Assembly: GCA_023429565.1 (NCBI GenBank)
Contig: JAEZDJ010000065.1
Location: forward strand, 3,501-67,500
Direction of reading: 5' to 3'
Source of the DNA: Actinomycetes bacterium
GTDB taxonomy: Bacteria > Actinomycetota > Coriobacteriia > Coriobacteriales > Eggerthellaceae
DNA length: 64,000 nt
The translations under genes were made by a program, and so were the position numbers. Below, in pieces: positions 1-9,490 of the stretch (positions are counted from its first letter, which is position 1; each line of letters opens with the position of its first letter). The notes beneath the pieces were generated by a model, which worked only from the letters and a program-made list of their open reading frames with translations, did no database searches and was not told where the DNA came from.

Positions 1-2568
1 CGCATCGGAGGCGGCAAGGGATTCCAATTCGCGCATGCGCGCCTCCACGACGCGAGACGCGTAGGTCTCTCGCTCTGAGAGCGTCGCCGCCCTGAGCTTC
101 GCTTCCGACAGCGCTTCCGAAACCCGTGCAACCTCAACTCGAACAGGCCCAACGGCATCTTGAGCTGCAGCAAGCTTCTCGGCACCCGCCTGAAGCTCTG
201 CTTCCAGCTCCGCAAGGCGCCCCTCAAGTTCATCGACGCACGGCCGCGCGTCTGCCACGGTGCGCTCGGCTTCGGCACGTTGGCGCTCGACGTCTTCAAG
301 CTCGCCGCGCACTGCCGCAAGCTTCTCTTCCGCACGCACCGCTTCAGCGCTCATGGAGTCAGTCCGACCCCGGAGCGATGCGAGTTCCTGAGAGAGCTTC
401 AGGCTTTCCCCTTGCGCCCTGCGCAAGGCCTCTTCGGCACCAGACGCTGCGCGCTCCGCCGCGCCCTGCGCGTCATCGGCGGCGACTTTGGACAACCGCA
501 ACTGCCCAAGACGACGGGCACGCGCAAGGGCTCCCTGGTCATCCTCTCGAACGGGTCCTCCAACCGCCACCTTCCCGGCAGGCCACACCACACAGCCGTC
601 AGGCGTGGCAAAACGCACGGGCTGAGAACAGCTCGCATGGGCGTCAAACGCGGCAGAAAGGTCGGTGCAGACAACCACGTCCCCCAGCAACGCCTCCACC
701 GCAGACGCGACTCCGGGATCGCATGACAGGTCATCGACAAGGGCTCTCCCGCCACAAGCACGTGCCGCAGCGCGTGCAGCGGCGGCGGAAGCTGGCCCCA
801 TGGCATTTCGCGCCGCATCGTCGCACGCGACAAGGACGACCTCGCCATCCTCGCCCCGTGAGACCAGCGCCTCTGCAACGGCATTCGCAGCCTGCGCGTC
901 GCTCACGAGCAAAGCCGAGATGTCGGCCCCGAGCAAACGTTCGACCAGCGCTTCCTCCCCCTCTGGCGCATGAACCGCATGGGCGATGGGAGCAAGGGAC
1001 GAATCGAAGCTCTCGGCATGGTTCACGAGCCAGGAAAGCGCAGGTCCCGACTGGGCGGCGCTCGCGCGCTCGACCTCCTCCAGAGCCTTTATCTCAGAGC
1101 CGATGAGCGAGACCTCGTCACGGGCGCCATCAAGCGAGGCGCGCGCCGCCTCGCGGGCTGCATACGCCTCGCCCACAGCCGCACGCGCCGACGATTCCCG
1201 CTCCCCAAGCGTGGCAAGGGCCGCGGCAGCCTCGTCCGCCGCCTTCGTGGCGGAAGCGAGTTCGACCTGTGCGCGGTCCAGCTGGGCCTCAAGCTCCTTC
1301 CCACGACTTGCAACCACTTTGACGTGGGCGAGCCCATTCGCCAAGGCCTCACGCGTCGTCTCGCGCTCTCGGCGCCTGCGCTCGCGCTCTTGTTCGCGAG
1401 TGCGCCGCCCCTCTTCAAGGGAGGACGCTTCGCGGTCAAGCTCCCTGCGACGCGCGAGGAGCCGCTCCCGTTCCTCGGAAAGGCGCGTCACATTCGCGTC
1501 AGCCTGTCCCCGCTCCGCATTCACTTCTGCCTTCTGGAGCTCGGCCTGAGCTCGATCCGCTTCAGCCTGCGTTTTCTTGACCTTGTGGGTCTCCAGCGTA
1601 ACGCGCAGATCGGCCTCATAGCTCTGGGCGGCGCGACGTTTCTCATGCAGCAGAAGCATGGCGCCGTCGATGCGCTCAACCACCGACGATGCCCGCTGAT
1701 GGTTTCGCGCGATCTCGCCCGCGTCGACGCTCTCCCGCCTGATTCTCTCCTGCAGCTCCTCGACGCGCGCCTCGAGGGAGGCAATGGCCGCCCGCCGCTG
1801 GTCGAGCTCGGCCGCAAGCGCATGCTCGCGCGCGTCGGCGTCGTTCCACGAACGCCGCAACGCCCTCAGGTCGTCCACGGCAAGGGCCAGGTTGAGCTCA
1901 CTCAACTCGGCAGCGAGCCCCTGGTAGTCACGGGCACGCTTGGCCTTGCGCTCAAGAGGTCGGAGTTGACGCTCGACCTCGGCGGTCACATCCTTCACTC
2001 GGGAGAGGTGGACATCCATGGCGGCAAGCTTACGCTCGCTTTTAGCCTTGCGCTGCTTGTGTTTGAGCACGCCAGCGGCTTCTTCGATGATCGCTCGACG
2101 GTCTTCCGGCTTCGATTGCAGGATGGAATCCAAGCTTCCCTGCGATATGATGGAATGAGTGCCCGTTCCCAAACCGGAGTCATGCAGGATGTCCAGCACG
2201 TCCATGCGACGCGCGACGACACCGTTGATGAGGTATTCGCTCTCCCCCGAACGGTACATGCGGCGCGTGATGGCCACCTCGTCGAAGTCGACAGGCAACG
2301 TGCCGTCTGAATTGTCCAGCACAAGGTCGACCTCGGCGATTCCCACGCTCTTGCGAGCCGAGGATCCGGCGAAGATGACATCCTCCATGGCCTGTCCGCG
2401 CAGGTTCTTGGCATTGCGCTCCCCAAGAACCCACAGCACCGCATCGGATATGTTGGACTTTCCCGATCCGTTCGGGCCGACGACCGCGGTTATACCCGGC
2501 TCGAGCGTCAGCGCGCTGCGGTCGGCAAACGATTTAAACCCCTTGAGGACAAGCGACTTCAGATACAT
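1..2568 (-). CDS. smc: Chromosome segregation protein SMC, N-terminal 856 codons (gene continues beyond the left edge)
   Basis: Reverse complement from ATG 2568-2566 reads [56 protein letters not shown] (SMC head, Walker A). Spot-checked codons downstream give coiled-coil text (ADRAQAELQKAEVNAERGQA near 1500-1560). No track ORF occupies this minus frame, consistent with one open frame lacking a stop inside the window. Lies 3 nt after the rnc stop. Confidence 0.9.
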   Translation of the reverse strand, partial: MYLKSLVLKGFKSFADRSALTLEPGITAVVGPNGSGKSNISDAVLWVLGERNAKNLRGQAMEDVIFAGSSARKSVGIAEVDLVLDNSDGTLPVDFDEVAITRRMYRSGESEYLINGVVARRMDVLDILHDSGLGTGTHSIISQGSLDSILQSKPEDRRAIIEEAAGVLKHKQRKAKSERKLAAMDVHLSRVKDVTAEVERQLRPLERKAKRARDYQGLAAELSELNLALAVDDLRALRRSWNDADAREHALAAELDQRRAAIASLEARVEELQERIRRESVDAGEIARNHQRASSVVERIDGAMLLLHEKRRAAQSYEADLRVTLETHKVKKTQAEADRAQAELQKAEVNAERGQADANVTRLSEERERLLARRRELDREASSLEEGRRTREQERERRRRERETTREALANGLAHVKVVASRGKELEAQLDRAQVELASATKAADEAAAALATLGERESSARAAVGEAYAAREAARASLDGARDEVSLIGSEIKALEEVERASAAQSGPALSWLVNHAESFDSSLAPIAHAVHAPEGEEALVERLLGADISALLVSDAQAANAVAEALVSRGEDGEVVLVACDDAARNAMGPASAAAARAAARACGGRALVDDLSCDPGVASAVEALLGDVVVCTDLSAAFDAHASCSQPVRFATPDGCVVWPAGKVAVGGPVREDDQGALARARRLGQLRLSKVAADDAQGAAERAASGAEEALRRAQGESLKLSQELASLRGRTDSMSAEAVRAEEKLAAVRGELEDVERQRAEAERTVADARPCVDELEGRLAELEAELQAGAEKLAAAQDAVGPVRVEVARVSEALSEAKLRAATLSERETYASRVVEARMRELESLAASDA

Positions 2569-2571
2569 GCG

Positions 2572-3417
2572 CTACCCTTGCTTGCGCTGCTTCGCCTGGG
2601 CACGCTCGGATTTCTTGCGGGCCTTCTCCTCCGCTTTCGCAGCGGCCTTCTCCGCCTTCGCCTGTTTGGTGGCCGCCACCTTTTCGGCACGCGCGCCCTC
2701 GTCTACACCAAGGCCAAGAAATTCTCCAAGGCGGGCAAGGGTGCTTTTGGCCGCCTGGCTCTCCGCTTCCTTCTTCGTCCGTCCCGTCCCGCGGGCGAGC
2801 CCTTGCGAGCCTGCGTACACCTGGGCGATGAAGGTGCGGTCATGAGGTGGGCCCTGTGTTTCGACGAGCTTGTATGTGGGCGTGATGCCGTCCTCCTGCA
2901 ATTTTTCCTGCAAGGCGCTCTTGGGATTTTCCGGCTCGCGAGCCATGCCCGAGGACATGCGCGGCACGAGCGTTCGCTCGACGAATGCCCGTGCGGCCTC
3001 AATGCCCCCATCAAGGTAGAGGGCGGCCACCACGGCCTCATAGACGTTCTCGAGAGCGGAATGAAGCCCGCGCTTCCCCGTGCCCGTCTCCGACGAGCCG
3101 AAGACGATGATGTCCGCGAAGCCGAGGCCGTCCGCAACGTTGGACAGGCTTGCGCCGGAGACCAAGGCCACCTTGATGCGCGTGAGACCCCCTTCATCGA
3201 GGTCGTGGTAACGGTCAAACGCAATGGTGGCGACGATGGATCCCAATATGCTGTCACCCAAAAACTCAAGGCGTTCATAGGAGTACTTGACAGACCGGCC
3301 CTCGGTGGCGGACGGATGTGTCAGGGCAGACAAAAGCAACTGCTCTTGAGAGAAGCGGTACTCGAGAATGGCCTGTGCACGCTCCAGCTTTCGCTGTTGT
3401 TCTTCAGTCAGTATCAT
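2572..3417 (-). CDS. rnc: Ribonuclease III with Lys/Ala-rich C-terminal tail
   Basis: 281-aa ORF. RNase III signature ERLEFLGDSILG, dsRBD-like C-terminal region, then tail KQAKAEKAAAKAEEKARKKSERAQAKQRKQG. Confidence 0.93.
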   Translation of the reverse strand: MILTEEQQRKLERAQAILEYRFSQEQLLLSALTHPSATEGRSVKYSYERLEFLGDSILGSIVATIAFDRYHDLDEGGLTRIKVALVSGASLSNVADGLGFADIIVFGSSETGTGKRGLHSALENVYEAVVAALYLDGGIEAARAFVERTLVPRMSSGMAREPENPKSALQEKLQEDGITPTYKLVETQGPPHDRTFIAQVYAGSQGLARGTGRTKKEAESQAAKSTLARLGEFLGLGVDEGARAEKVAATKQAKAEKAAAKAEEKARKKSERAQAKQRKQG

Positions 3418-3499
3418 AAGGTGTTCGGACCTTCTGGTAAAAAACGTTTTCGATTGTCATGCAGAGACGAGCGCGCACTTCCTGCCCCGCGCAACTCGA

Positions 3500-4513
3500 C
3501 TAATCCATTGTAGCCGAGGTGCCCCGTTTTGAAACGGTTTGCGCTATTATTTCAGAAACGTTTGCGCGCACGATACCTGCCGTGGTCAGCACGCCATTGC
3601 GTATAGCCGTCTCATTTGACGAGCCGTGGCCAACGATGCAGGCACCCTTGACGCCCAGCAGGGGTGCGCCGCCGTACGTGTCCGGACTCACCTGTGCGGC
3701 AAGGTCCTTTAGGCCGCCCTTGATGGCAAGGGCTCCCAGCTTGGTCACCGGGCTCTTCAACATAAGGCCCTTGAGGGTCTTGAACAACGTCTTCGAGGTC
3801 CCCTCGATGGTCTTCAGACACACGTTGCCCGTGAATCCGTCGGTGACGAATATGTCGTAGTTGGCTGGCAGGATGTCGCTCCCCTCCCCATTTCCGGCAA
3901 AGTTCGGGACGCGATCCTTGAGCAGCAGATAAGCTTTTTGGGCAAACTGCGAGCCCTTTGCCTCCTCCTCGCCGATGTTCAGGAGGGCGACGCGGGGATT
4001 TGGCACGCCGATGACTTTTTCCATATACACGGTCGCCATCTGCGCGAACTGCACCAGGTATTCGGGCTTGCAATCGGCGTTCGCGCCGACATCGCACATG
4101 ACGACGGGCTTCACGGGCGAGGGAATGACCGTGGCGAGAGCCGGCCGCGAGACGCCCTTGATGCGTCCCATGACCAGCGTGGCGGCGGCAAGGCAGGCAC
4201 CGGTTGAGCCCGCCGAGAAAAAGCCTTGGGCCTCCCCCTCTTTCACCAGGCGGCAGCCCACGACAAGGGAGGAGTCCTTCTTCTTGCGGACGGCGTTCGC
4301 CGGATGTTCCCCCATGTCAATGACCTCGGTCGTCACGCGGGCGACGCAGCGCTCATGATGGGATGCGAACGGTTCCACGACCTCGGCCGGTCCGCAGAGC
4401 ACGACATGCAGCGTCTCGTCGGCCGCAAGGGCATCGGCAACTCCCTCGAGGACAACACCGGGAGCATGGTCGCCGCCCATGGCATCGACGGCGATGGTGA
4501 CCTTCTCTGACAT
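3500..4513 (-). CDS. plsX: Phosphate acyltransferase PlsX
   Basis: MSEKVTIAVDAMGGDHAPG... is a typical PlsX N-terminus. Start moved to the internal ATG at 4513, which is preceded by GAAGGGA; the track ORF extends to 4630. Confidence 0.9.
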   Translation of the reverse strand: MSEKVTIAVDAMGGDHAPGVVLEGVADALAADETLHVVLCGPAEVVEPFASHHERCVARVTTEVIDMGEHPANAVRKKKDSSLVVGCRLVKEGEAQGFFSAGSTGACLAAATLVMGRIKGVSRPALATVIPSPVKPVVMCDVGANADCKPEYLVQFAQMATVYMEKVIGVPNPRVALLNIGEEEAKGSQFAQKAYLLLKDRVPNFAGNGEGSDILPANYDIFVTDGFTGNVCLKTIEGTSKTLFKTLKGLMLKSPVTKLGALAIKGGLKDLAAQVSPDTYGGAPLLGVKGACIVGHGSSNETAIRNGVLTTAGIVRANVSEIIAQTVSKRGTSATMD

Positions 4514-4734
4514 AGTGATCCCTTCGTTCGACGGCACATTCCGTGCCAAATCCGCAATGACGCCACAGGTTGCATCAACCGGCAAAGACACGCGGGAGAC
4601 GCTTGCACCGCCAAACGTCAGCCCCGTCAAAGGAGACCGAGCAGAGAAAGCCCCTTCGCCGGCTCACGCGAACGCGAGGTAACGAAGGGGCTTGTCAGGC
4701 GCAGGCAATCCCGTGCGCAAATGCGCAGCTGGAG

Positions 4735-4914
4735 CTAGTCTGTCTCGATGACCTCACGGTTCTTGTAGAACCCACAGTTCGGGCACACGCGATGAGGAAG
4801 TTTCACTTCCCCGCACTGCGGACAAACAGAGCGCGCTGGCGCCACAATCCGGTCATTGCTGCTGCGGCGGGCATGAGTGCGGGACCGACCCATTTTGCGC
4901 TTAGGTACTGCCAT
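4735..4914 (-). CDS. rpmF: 50S ribosomal protein L32
   Basis: Hand translation: MAVPKRKMGRSRTHARRSSNDRIVAPARSVCPQCGEVKLPHRVCPNCGFYKNREVIETD (59 aa, CxxC..CxxC). RBS GAAGGAG lies 8 nt upstream. Below the ORF-track size cut-off. Confidence 0.93.
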   Translation of the reverse strand: MAVPKRKMGRSRTHARRSSNDRIVAPARSVCPQCGEVKLPHRVCPNCGFYKNREVIETD

Positions 4915-4987
4915 GATCTATACTCCTTCTTCAGCCGGACGGTGCATCGCACTTGTCCGTTTCGCTTCGATAAACACGCGAAGTAGT

Positions 4988-5016
4988 ATGGTACCAAAGG
5001 CTGCTTCGCGCCGCAA
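4988..5016 (-). promoter_or_regulatory. Putative sigma-70-type promoter for rpmF (TTGCGG-N17-TACCAT)
   Basis: Minus-strand hexamers at 5016-5011 and 4993-4988, about 70 nt upstream of the rpmF ATG. Confidence 0.3.
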
Positions 5017-5166
5017 GCCCCGATCGCCACGAAAGTGGGTAATGGCACCCAAACGACACTGGCAAGGATCCTTTGGCACCTTTGCAGATGAGCTTGGGAC
5101 ACGTCGAGCCACGTGATCGTTGCGCGAATGCCGGCAGGAAGGCGGGCACAACGAATCAGCGTCCCC

Positions 5167-6981
5167 CTACGCCACGGGACCGAACTGCATCTCGTAGTAG
5201 CGGGCATACGTCCCACCCAATGAGAGCAACTCGTCATGGGTGCCCCGCTCCACCACACGTCCCTCGTCGACAACGGCGATGATGTCGGCGCCCCGGATGG
5301 TTGACAGACGATGGGCGATGATGAGCGTCGTGCGACCTTCAGACAGCTCGTCGAGGGACGATTGGATGGCCCGTTCGCTCTCGTTGTCCAAAGCACTCGT
5401 CGCCTCGTCCAGGATGAGGATGTGCGGATTGCGCAAGAACACGCGGGCAACGGCAATGCGCTGCTTCTGACCGCCCGACAGGCGGGCCCCGCGTTCGCCG
5501 ACAAACGTCTCGTAGGCCTCCGGCAGCCCCATGACGAACTCGTGTATGTTCGCCTGGCGTGCAGCCTCCACGATTTCCGCATCCGAGGCACCGGGCCTGC
5601 CGTAGGCAATGTTCTCGCGAACGGTTCCGCCAAACAGGTACACATCCTGCTGCACGATGCCAATCGCCTCACGCAGCGTGTCCACCTTCACGTCGCGCAC
5701 GTCGATCCCGTCAATTTCAACGGCACCTTCCCGAACGTCATAAAAGCGCGGCAGCAGCGAGCACGCCGTGGTCTTGCCTCCGCCCGACGGCCCTACAAAC
5801 GCGACGGTCGATCCCGCCGGAATCGTCAGGTCAAAGCCCCTCAGCACCTCATGCCGGCTGTCGTAGCCGAAGCGCACGTCACGATAGCGCACTTCACCCG
5901 CGACGGAGCCGAGGCGCCGGCCAGCCTCCGCCTCCTCAAGCGACACGGCGTCCAGCCGGTCTTGCACGTCCGGACGTACGGCCAGCACTTCCATGAAGCG
6001 GCGGAAACCGGCGTAGCCTTTCTGAAACTGCTCAGTGAAATTGATGAGCTGTTCGACAGGCGAAAGGAAGATGCCTATATACAGCGCGTAGATGGCCAGA
6101 TCGGTGGGAGCCAGAGTGCCCGTCGCCACAAAATAGCCGCCCCCCACAATGGTCACGGTATACAGCACGCCCGTAAACGCCGAGTTCACCGCATGGAATG
6201 CGCCCATGAACCGATAGGAGCTCTCTTTGGTGTCCACGAAGCGCACGTTCGTCCGGTCGAATTTCTCGATTTCCACCGCCTCGTTGCCAAATGACTTCAC
6301 CACCCGAATCCCGCCGAGAGAGTCCTGCAAGCGGGCGTTGATGTCGGCCATCTTCCTCCGGTTTTCAGTGAAGATGATGCGCTTGCGATAGTTGCGCCAG
6401 AGGGCGTACGCCGCCATGGCCACCGTTGCAACCAGCATGACCGCGGTAAGCGGCACGTTGATCATGAACAGCAGCACGAACGATCCCGCTATCTTCAGAA
6501 TGCAGATGAACAGATTTTCCGGTCCATGATGGGCCAATTCCGAGATGTCGAACAGGTCGGTCAGAAGCTTGCTCATCATCTCGCCGGTGTTGTTCCTGTC
6601 GTAATAGGAAAAGCTCAGACGCTGATATTGCGCGAACAGATCCATCCGCATGTCAGCCTCCATGCGGGCCCCCATGATGTGTCCCCATGCCGTGATGAAG
6701 TACTGGCATCCGGTCCTCAGGGCATACAGCGCCACGAACCCGAGAGCTATCCACCCGAGCGAGGCCAGAATGACCGAGGGCGCCTCCAGAAAGAACTCCT
6801 TGGTGAAGAAATTGAGAAATTGGGGGAAAGCGAGATCGACGGCCGCAAGAATGGCTGCACAGAACAGATCGAAGAAGAAGAGAAACCGATAGGGTCGGTA
6901 GTAGGTGACAAAGCGGGCAAACACGGTGCGCGCAGACACATACGGCTCAGAGGCCCCAGTCATTTCTTTCTCATTGTCCAT
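5167..6981 (-). CDS. ABC transporter, fused permease/ATP-binding protein (MsbA/MdlB-type exporter)
   Basis: 604 aa. N-terminal six-helix TMD; Walker A GPSGGGKTT, signature LSGGQKQRIAVARV, Walker B ILILDEATSALD. Confidence 0.9.
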   Translation of the reverse strand: MDNEKEMTGASEPYVSARTVFARFVTYYRPYRFLFFFDLFCAAILAAVDLAFPQFLNFFTKEFFLEAPSVILASLGWIALGFVALYALRTGCQYFITAWGHIMGARMEADMRMDLFAQYQRLSFSYYDRNNTGEMMSKLLTDLFDISELAHHGPENLFICILKIAGSFVLLFMINVPLTAVMLVATVAMAAYALWRNYRKRIIFTENRRKMADINARLQDSLGGIRVVKSFGNEAVEIEKFDRTNVRFVDTKESSYRFMGAFHAVNSAFTGVLYTVTIVGGGYFVATGTLAPTDLAIYALYIGIFLSPVEQLINFTEQFQKGYAGFRRFMEVLAVRPDVQDRLDAVSLEEAEAGRRLGSVAGEVRYRDVRFGYDSRHEVLRGFDLTIPAGSTVAFVGPSGGGKTTACSLLPRFYDVREGAVEIDGIDVRDVKVDTLREAIGIVQQDVYLFGGTVRENIAYGRPGASDAEIVEAARQANIHEFVMGLPEAYETFVGERGARLSGGQKQRIAVARVFLRNPHILILDEATSALDNESERAIQSSLDELSEGRTTLIIAHRLSTIRGADIIAVVDEGRVVERGTHDELLSLGGTYARYYEMQFGPVA

Positions 6982-6987
6982 GCCGCC

Positions 6988-6993
6988 ATTGTA
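6988..6993 (-). promoter_or_regulatory. Candidate -10 box (TACAAT) placed for a leaderless ABC-exporter mRNA
   Basis: Minus strand reads gggTACAATggcggcATG. Only 6 nt separate the -10 from the start codon, and there is no Shine-Dalgarno sequence. Confidence 0.3.
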
Positions 6994-7045
6994 CCCTACC
7001 GGCGGAAAAGACGGCTGGAAATCGAAAGGGAAGCACCCGTCACGC

Positions 7046-7075
7046 GGGAAAATGCCGAAGGAAGCCCTCTTCGGC
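7046..7075 (-). terminator. Putative intrinsic terminator after yceD
   Basis: Minus strand: TAA-agcgc-GCCGAAG-agggcttc-CTTCGGC-ATTTTCCC. Confidence 0.4.
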
Positions 7076-7080
7076 GCGCT

Positions 7081-7644
7081 TTAGCGCCCTTCTTCGAAAG
7101 GAAATCCCTCGAGAGCAGCGAACGGACTCGGTCGAGTCTCTCCCCGCCTTGCCTCTTCGTCGTTGCCCACGCACCCACACGGGCCGGCATTGAGATCGGC
7201 GCCACACGTCGGGCACAGGCCCTTGCAGTGGTCATCGCATAAAGGAACGAGGGGGAACTCCAGGAGAAGCGCCGCGACGATGAGCGGCTCGATATCCACG
7301 ACACCGCCTTCAGGCAGCACGTCAAACTCATCCTCATCCAAGTCTTCCGGCACTTCGGAATCGGCTTTCAGCAGAAAATAACCCTCGATGTCTCCCTCGA
7401 CGGAAAACGGAAAATCATCCAGACACCGGGCGCACGACGTCTCCGCCTCGCCCTCGACAGTGCCGCAGACGAGCAGGGCGTCGCCCGTGTTCGTGACGTC
7501 GACCTGCCAAGACAGCGGACGGGCAAACCGATACGAATCAGGACCGGCCTTGATGACAGGCAGTGCGGCCTCACCGTCAAAGTGGGTGCACTGTGCGGGA
7601 GTGAACAGCTCGTTCGGAATATGAATGCGCGTGGAATCCATCAA
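7081..7644 (-). CDS. yceD: DUF177 (YceD/YlbN) large-ribosomal-subunit accumulation protein
   Basis: 187 aa. Acidic, with paired Cys motifs (CARC ... CDDHCKGLCPTCG) as in YceD. Sits in the conserved neighbourhood with rpmF and plsX. Confidence 0.8.
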   Translation of the reverse strand: MMDSTRIHIPNELFTPAQCTHFDGEAALPVIKAGPDSYRFARPLSWQVDVTNTGDALLVCGTVEGEAETSCARCLDDFPFSVEGDIEGYFLLKADSEVPEDLDEDEFDVLPEGGVVDIEPLIVAALLLEFPLVPLCDDHCKGLCPTCGADLNAGPCGCVGNDEEARRGETRPSPFAALEGFPFEEGR

Positions 7645-8114
7645 CGTCCAGCAGCGAGGGAATTGGCGTTCAGACGATCACGGCAGCGACGCACGTTGTT
7701 GAGCAAGGTGTCGAGACTCTGCTCAACATGCCCAAACACCTCGTCAGCGTAATCCTCGGCACCGGCACGCGTCTGTCGCTCCAACTCGCGGGCGTCGGCG
7801 AGAACCTGATCCGCCTGCTGCTGTGAAATGCGGACGATCTCTTGCTCGCTGGCAATGGTCATGGCCTGGCTGCGAGCATCCTCGATCATGCGGTTGGCCT
7901 CAGCCTCGGCATCGTCGAGAAGGCTCTGACGCTCGCGCACAATCTGGCGGGCCTGAGAAAATTCGCTGGGAAACGTGTCGCGAACTTCATCCATGATCTC
8001 GAATACCGCGGCAATATCCACCTGCCGCATGGTGTTTTTACCAAAAACCGGCTTCGAATCTTCAAGAAGAATCGAGAGCTCCTCGAGCAGCCCCAAGACT
8101 CCTGTTTCGTCCAT
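7641..8114 (-). CDS. Conserved coiled-coil protein (ATP-synthase-b-like helical text), function unknown
   Basis: MDETGVLGLLEELSILLEDSKPVFG... then Glu/Arg/Ala/Gln-rich helix. Start ATG at 8114 follows GGTGGAAGGA. 4-nt overlap with the yceD start. Confidence 0.7.
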   Translation of the reverse strand: MDETGVLGLLEELSILLEDSKPVFGKNTMRQVDIAAVFEIMDEVRDTFPSEFSQARQIVRERQSLLDDAEAEANRMIEDARSQAMTIASEQEIVRISQQQADQVLADARELERQTRAGAEDYADEVFGHVEQSLDTLLNNVRRCRDRLNANSLAAGR

Positions 8115-8416
8115 GATAGTCCTTCCACCCAAGCGTGCTGCGTTTCAACTGCATCAATGCATACACCACCGCCTACGCGCATGCGTCAAGATATTCTAAC
8201 AGGTTTACGGTCAATTCCAAGCGCCACTGCATAAACCGCGCATATTTCACCACGTCGGAACCGTATCGTTGATTTTATCGAAGAGCTTTTCCCTCAACCG
8301 GAGGCCTTTGCCCACCTGCTGCATTCTGCGAAAAGGAGAAGAGGAACGCCCGCTCAAAGCTGTGCGAACGACCTGGACTCGCGTCGTGCGGCATCGTGGA
8401 CCCCTGGCGTGCCCGA

Positions 8417-8899
8417 TCAAGCCCAGTCGAATTTTCCCGCAAGCGCCTCAATCACGCAGGGAGGAACGAACTGCGCCACATCGCCATGCAAGCTTGCGAT
8501 CTCGCGCACGATGGACGACGAGAGATACATGTATTGGGGCGGCGACATGATGAACAGGGTTTCCAGCTGCTGGTCGAGCTGATAGTTGAGCGCCGTCATC
8601 TGGAATTCGTATTCAAAGTCGGTGATGGCACGAAGGCCCTTGATCACGACCGATGCGTCCATTTCCCGAGCAAAATCAACCAACAGGCCCGCAAAGGGCT
8701 CAACACGCACGTTCGGCAGGTGACTCGTCGCCTGGCCGATGAGCCTCACGCGCTCCTCAAGCGTGAAGAGGGGCTGCTTGCCGGGGGAAGCAGCCACCGC
8801 CACGACAACCTCGTCGACGATTTGGGCCGCACGCGTGATGACGTCGAGGTGCCCGCTAGTGATGGGATCGAACGTCCCCGGAGTGAGTGCACGTTTCAT
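8417..8899 (-). CDS. coaD: Phosphopantetheine adenylyltransferase
   Basis: MKRALTPGTFDPITSGHLDVITRA (T/HxGH nucleotidyltransferase motif), 160 aa. Confidence 0.93.
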   Translation of the reverse strand: MKRALTPGTFDPITSGHLDVITRAAQIVDEVVVAVAASPGKQPLFTLEERVRLIGQATSHLPNVRVEPFAGLLVDFAREMDASVVIKGLRAITDFEYEFQMTALNYQLDQQLETLFIMSPPQYMYLSSSIVREIASLHGDVAQFVPPCVIEALAGKFDWA

Positions 8900-9489
8900 G
8901 GTGTTGGCATTCCTTCTTCGTTTTTCAGAATATCCACGACAGTATCACCGTATTTCCTGCGAGATGCAAGCACAAAACCGCAGGATGCCACAGCTTCGTC
9001 CGTCTGTCCGGACGTTGTCACGGAATGCTCGTAAGCCACAAGGACACGCGGCGACAACGCCCCGCCCTCACGGAGCACAGAGACAAGCCCCAGCACGTCG
9101 GTTGCCGGATAGGCGTACGGCGGGTCAAGCAGGACGAGGTCAAAGGGAGGCTGGGCGCGCAGGGCGGGACTTCGCAGCACGTCGATCCGCCGGATGCGCA
9201 CGGCGGGTGCGGCGAGGCCAAGGAGGTCCACGTTGTCTTGCAAAACCCTGAGAGCGGCTCCGTCGCGTTCGCAAAACTGGACGCTTGCCGCCCCACGCGA
9301 GAGAGCCTCCAGCCCCAGCGCTCCCGACCCGGCAAACGCGTCAAGAACGACGGCTCCGTCAAAGCTACCGCGTGCGCTGCACAGGGAGCTCATGAGGGAC
9401 TCGCGAACCCGGTCCGTGGTTGGCCTGGTGTCCTTCCCCTTCGGGGCCTTGATCACACGACCTCGATATGCTCCGGCAATGATACGCAT
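8896..9489 (-). CDS. rsmD: 16S rRNA (guanine966-N2)-methyltransferase RsmD
   Basis: MRIIAGAYRGRVIKAPKGKDTRPTTDRVRESL, SAM motif LDAFAGSGALGLEALSRGA, DPPY. 4-nt overlap with coaD. Confidence 0.9.
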   Translation of the reverse strand: MRIIAGAYRGRVIKAPKGKDTRPTTDRVRESLMSSLCSARGSFDGAVVLDAFAGSGALGLEALSRGAASVQFCERDGAALRVLQDNVDLLGLAAPAVRIRRIDVLRSPALRAQPPFDLVLLDPPYAYPATDVLGLVSVLREGGALSPRVLVAYEHSVTTSGQTDEAVASCGFVLASRRKYGDTVVDILKNEEGMPTP

Positions 9490-9490
9490 T

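Noticed and set aside
126-2310. Long plus-strand ORFs (326, 188, 446, 187 aa) covering the first 2.3 kb.
   Set aside because: The products are Arg/Pro/Ala/Ser-rich low-complexity text. They lie antisense to a minus-strand frame that reads as a bona fide SMC protein. These are classic high-GC shadow ORFs.
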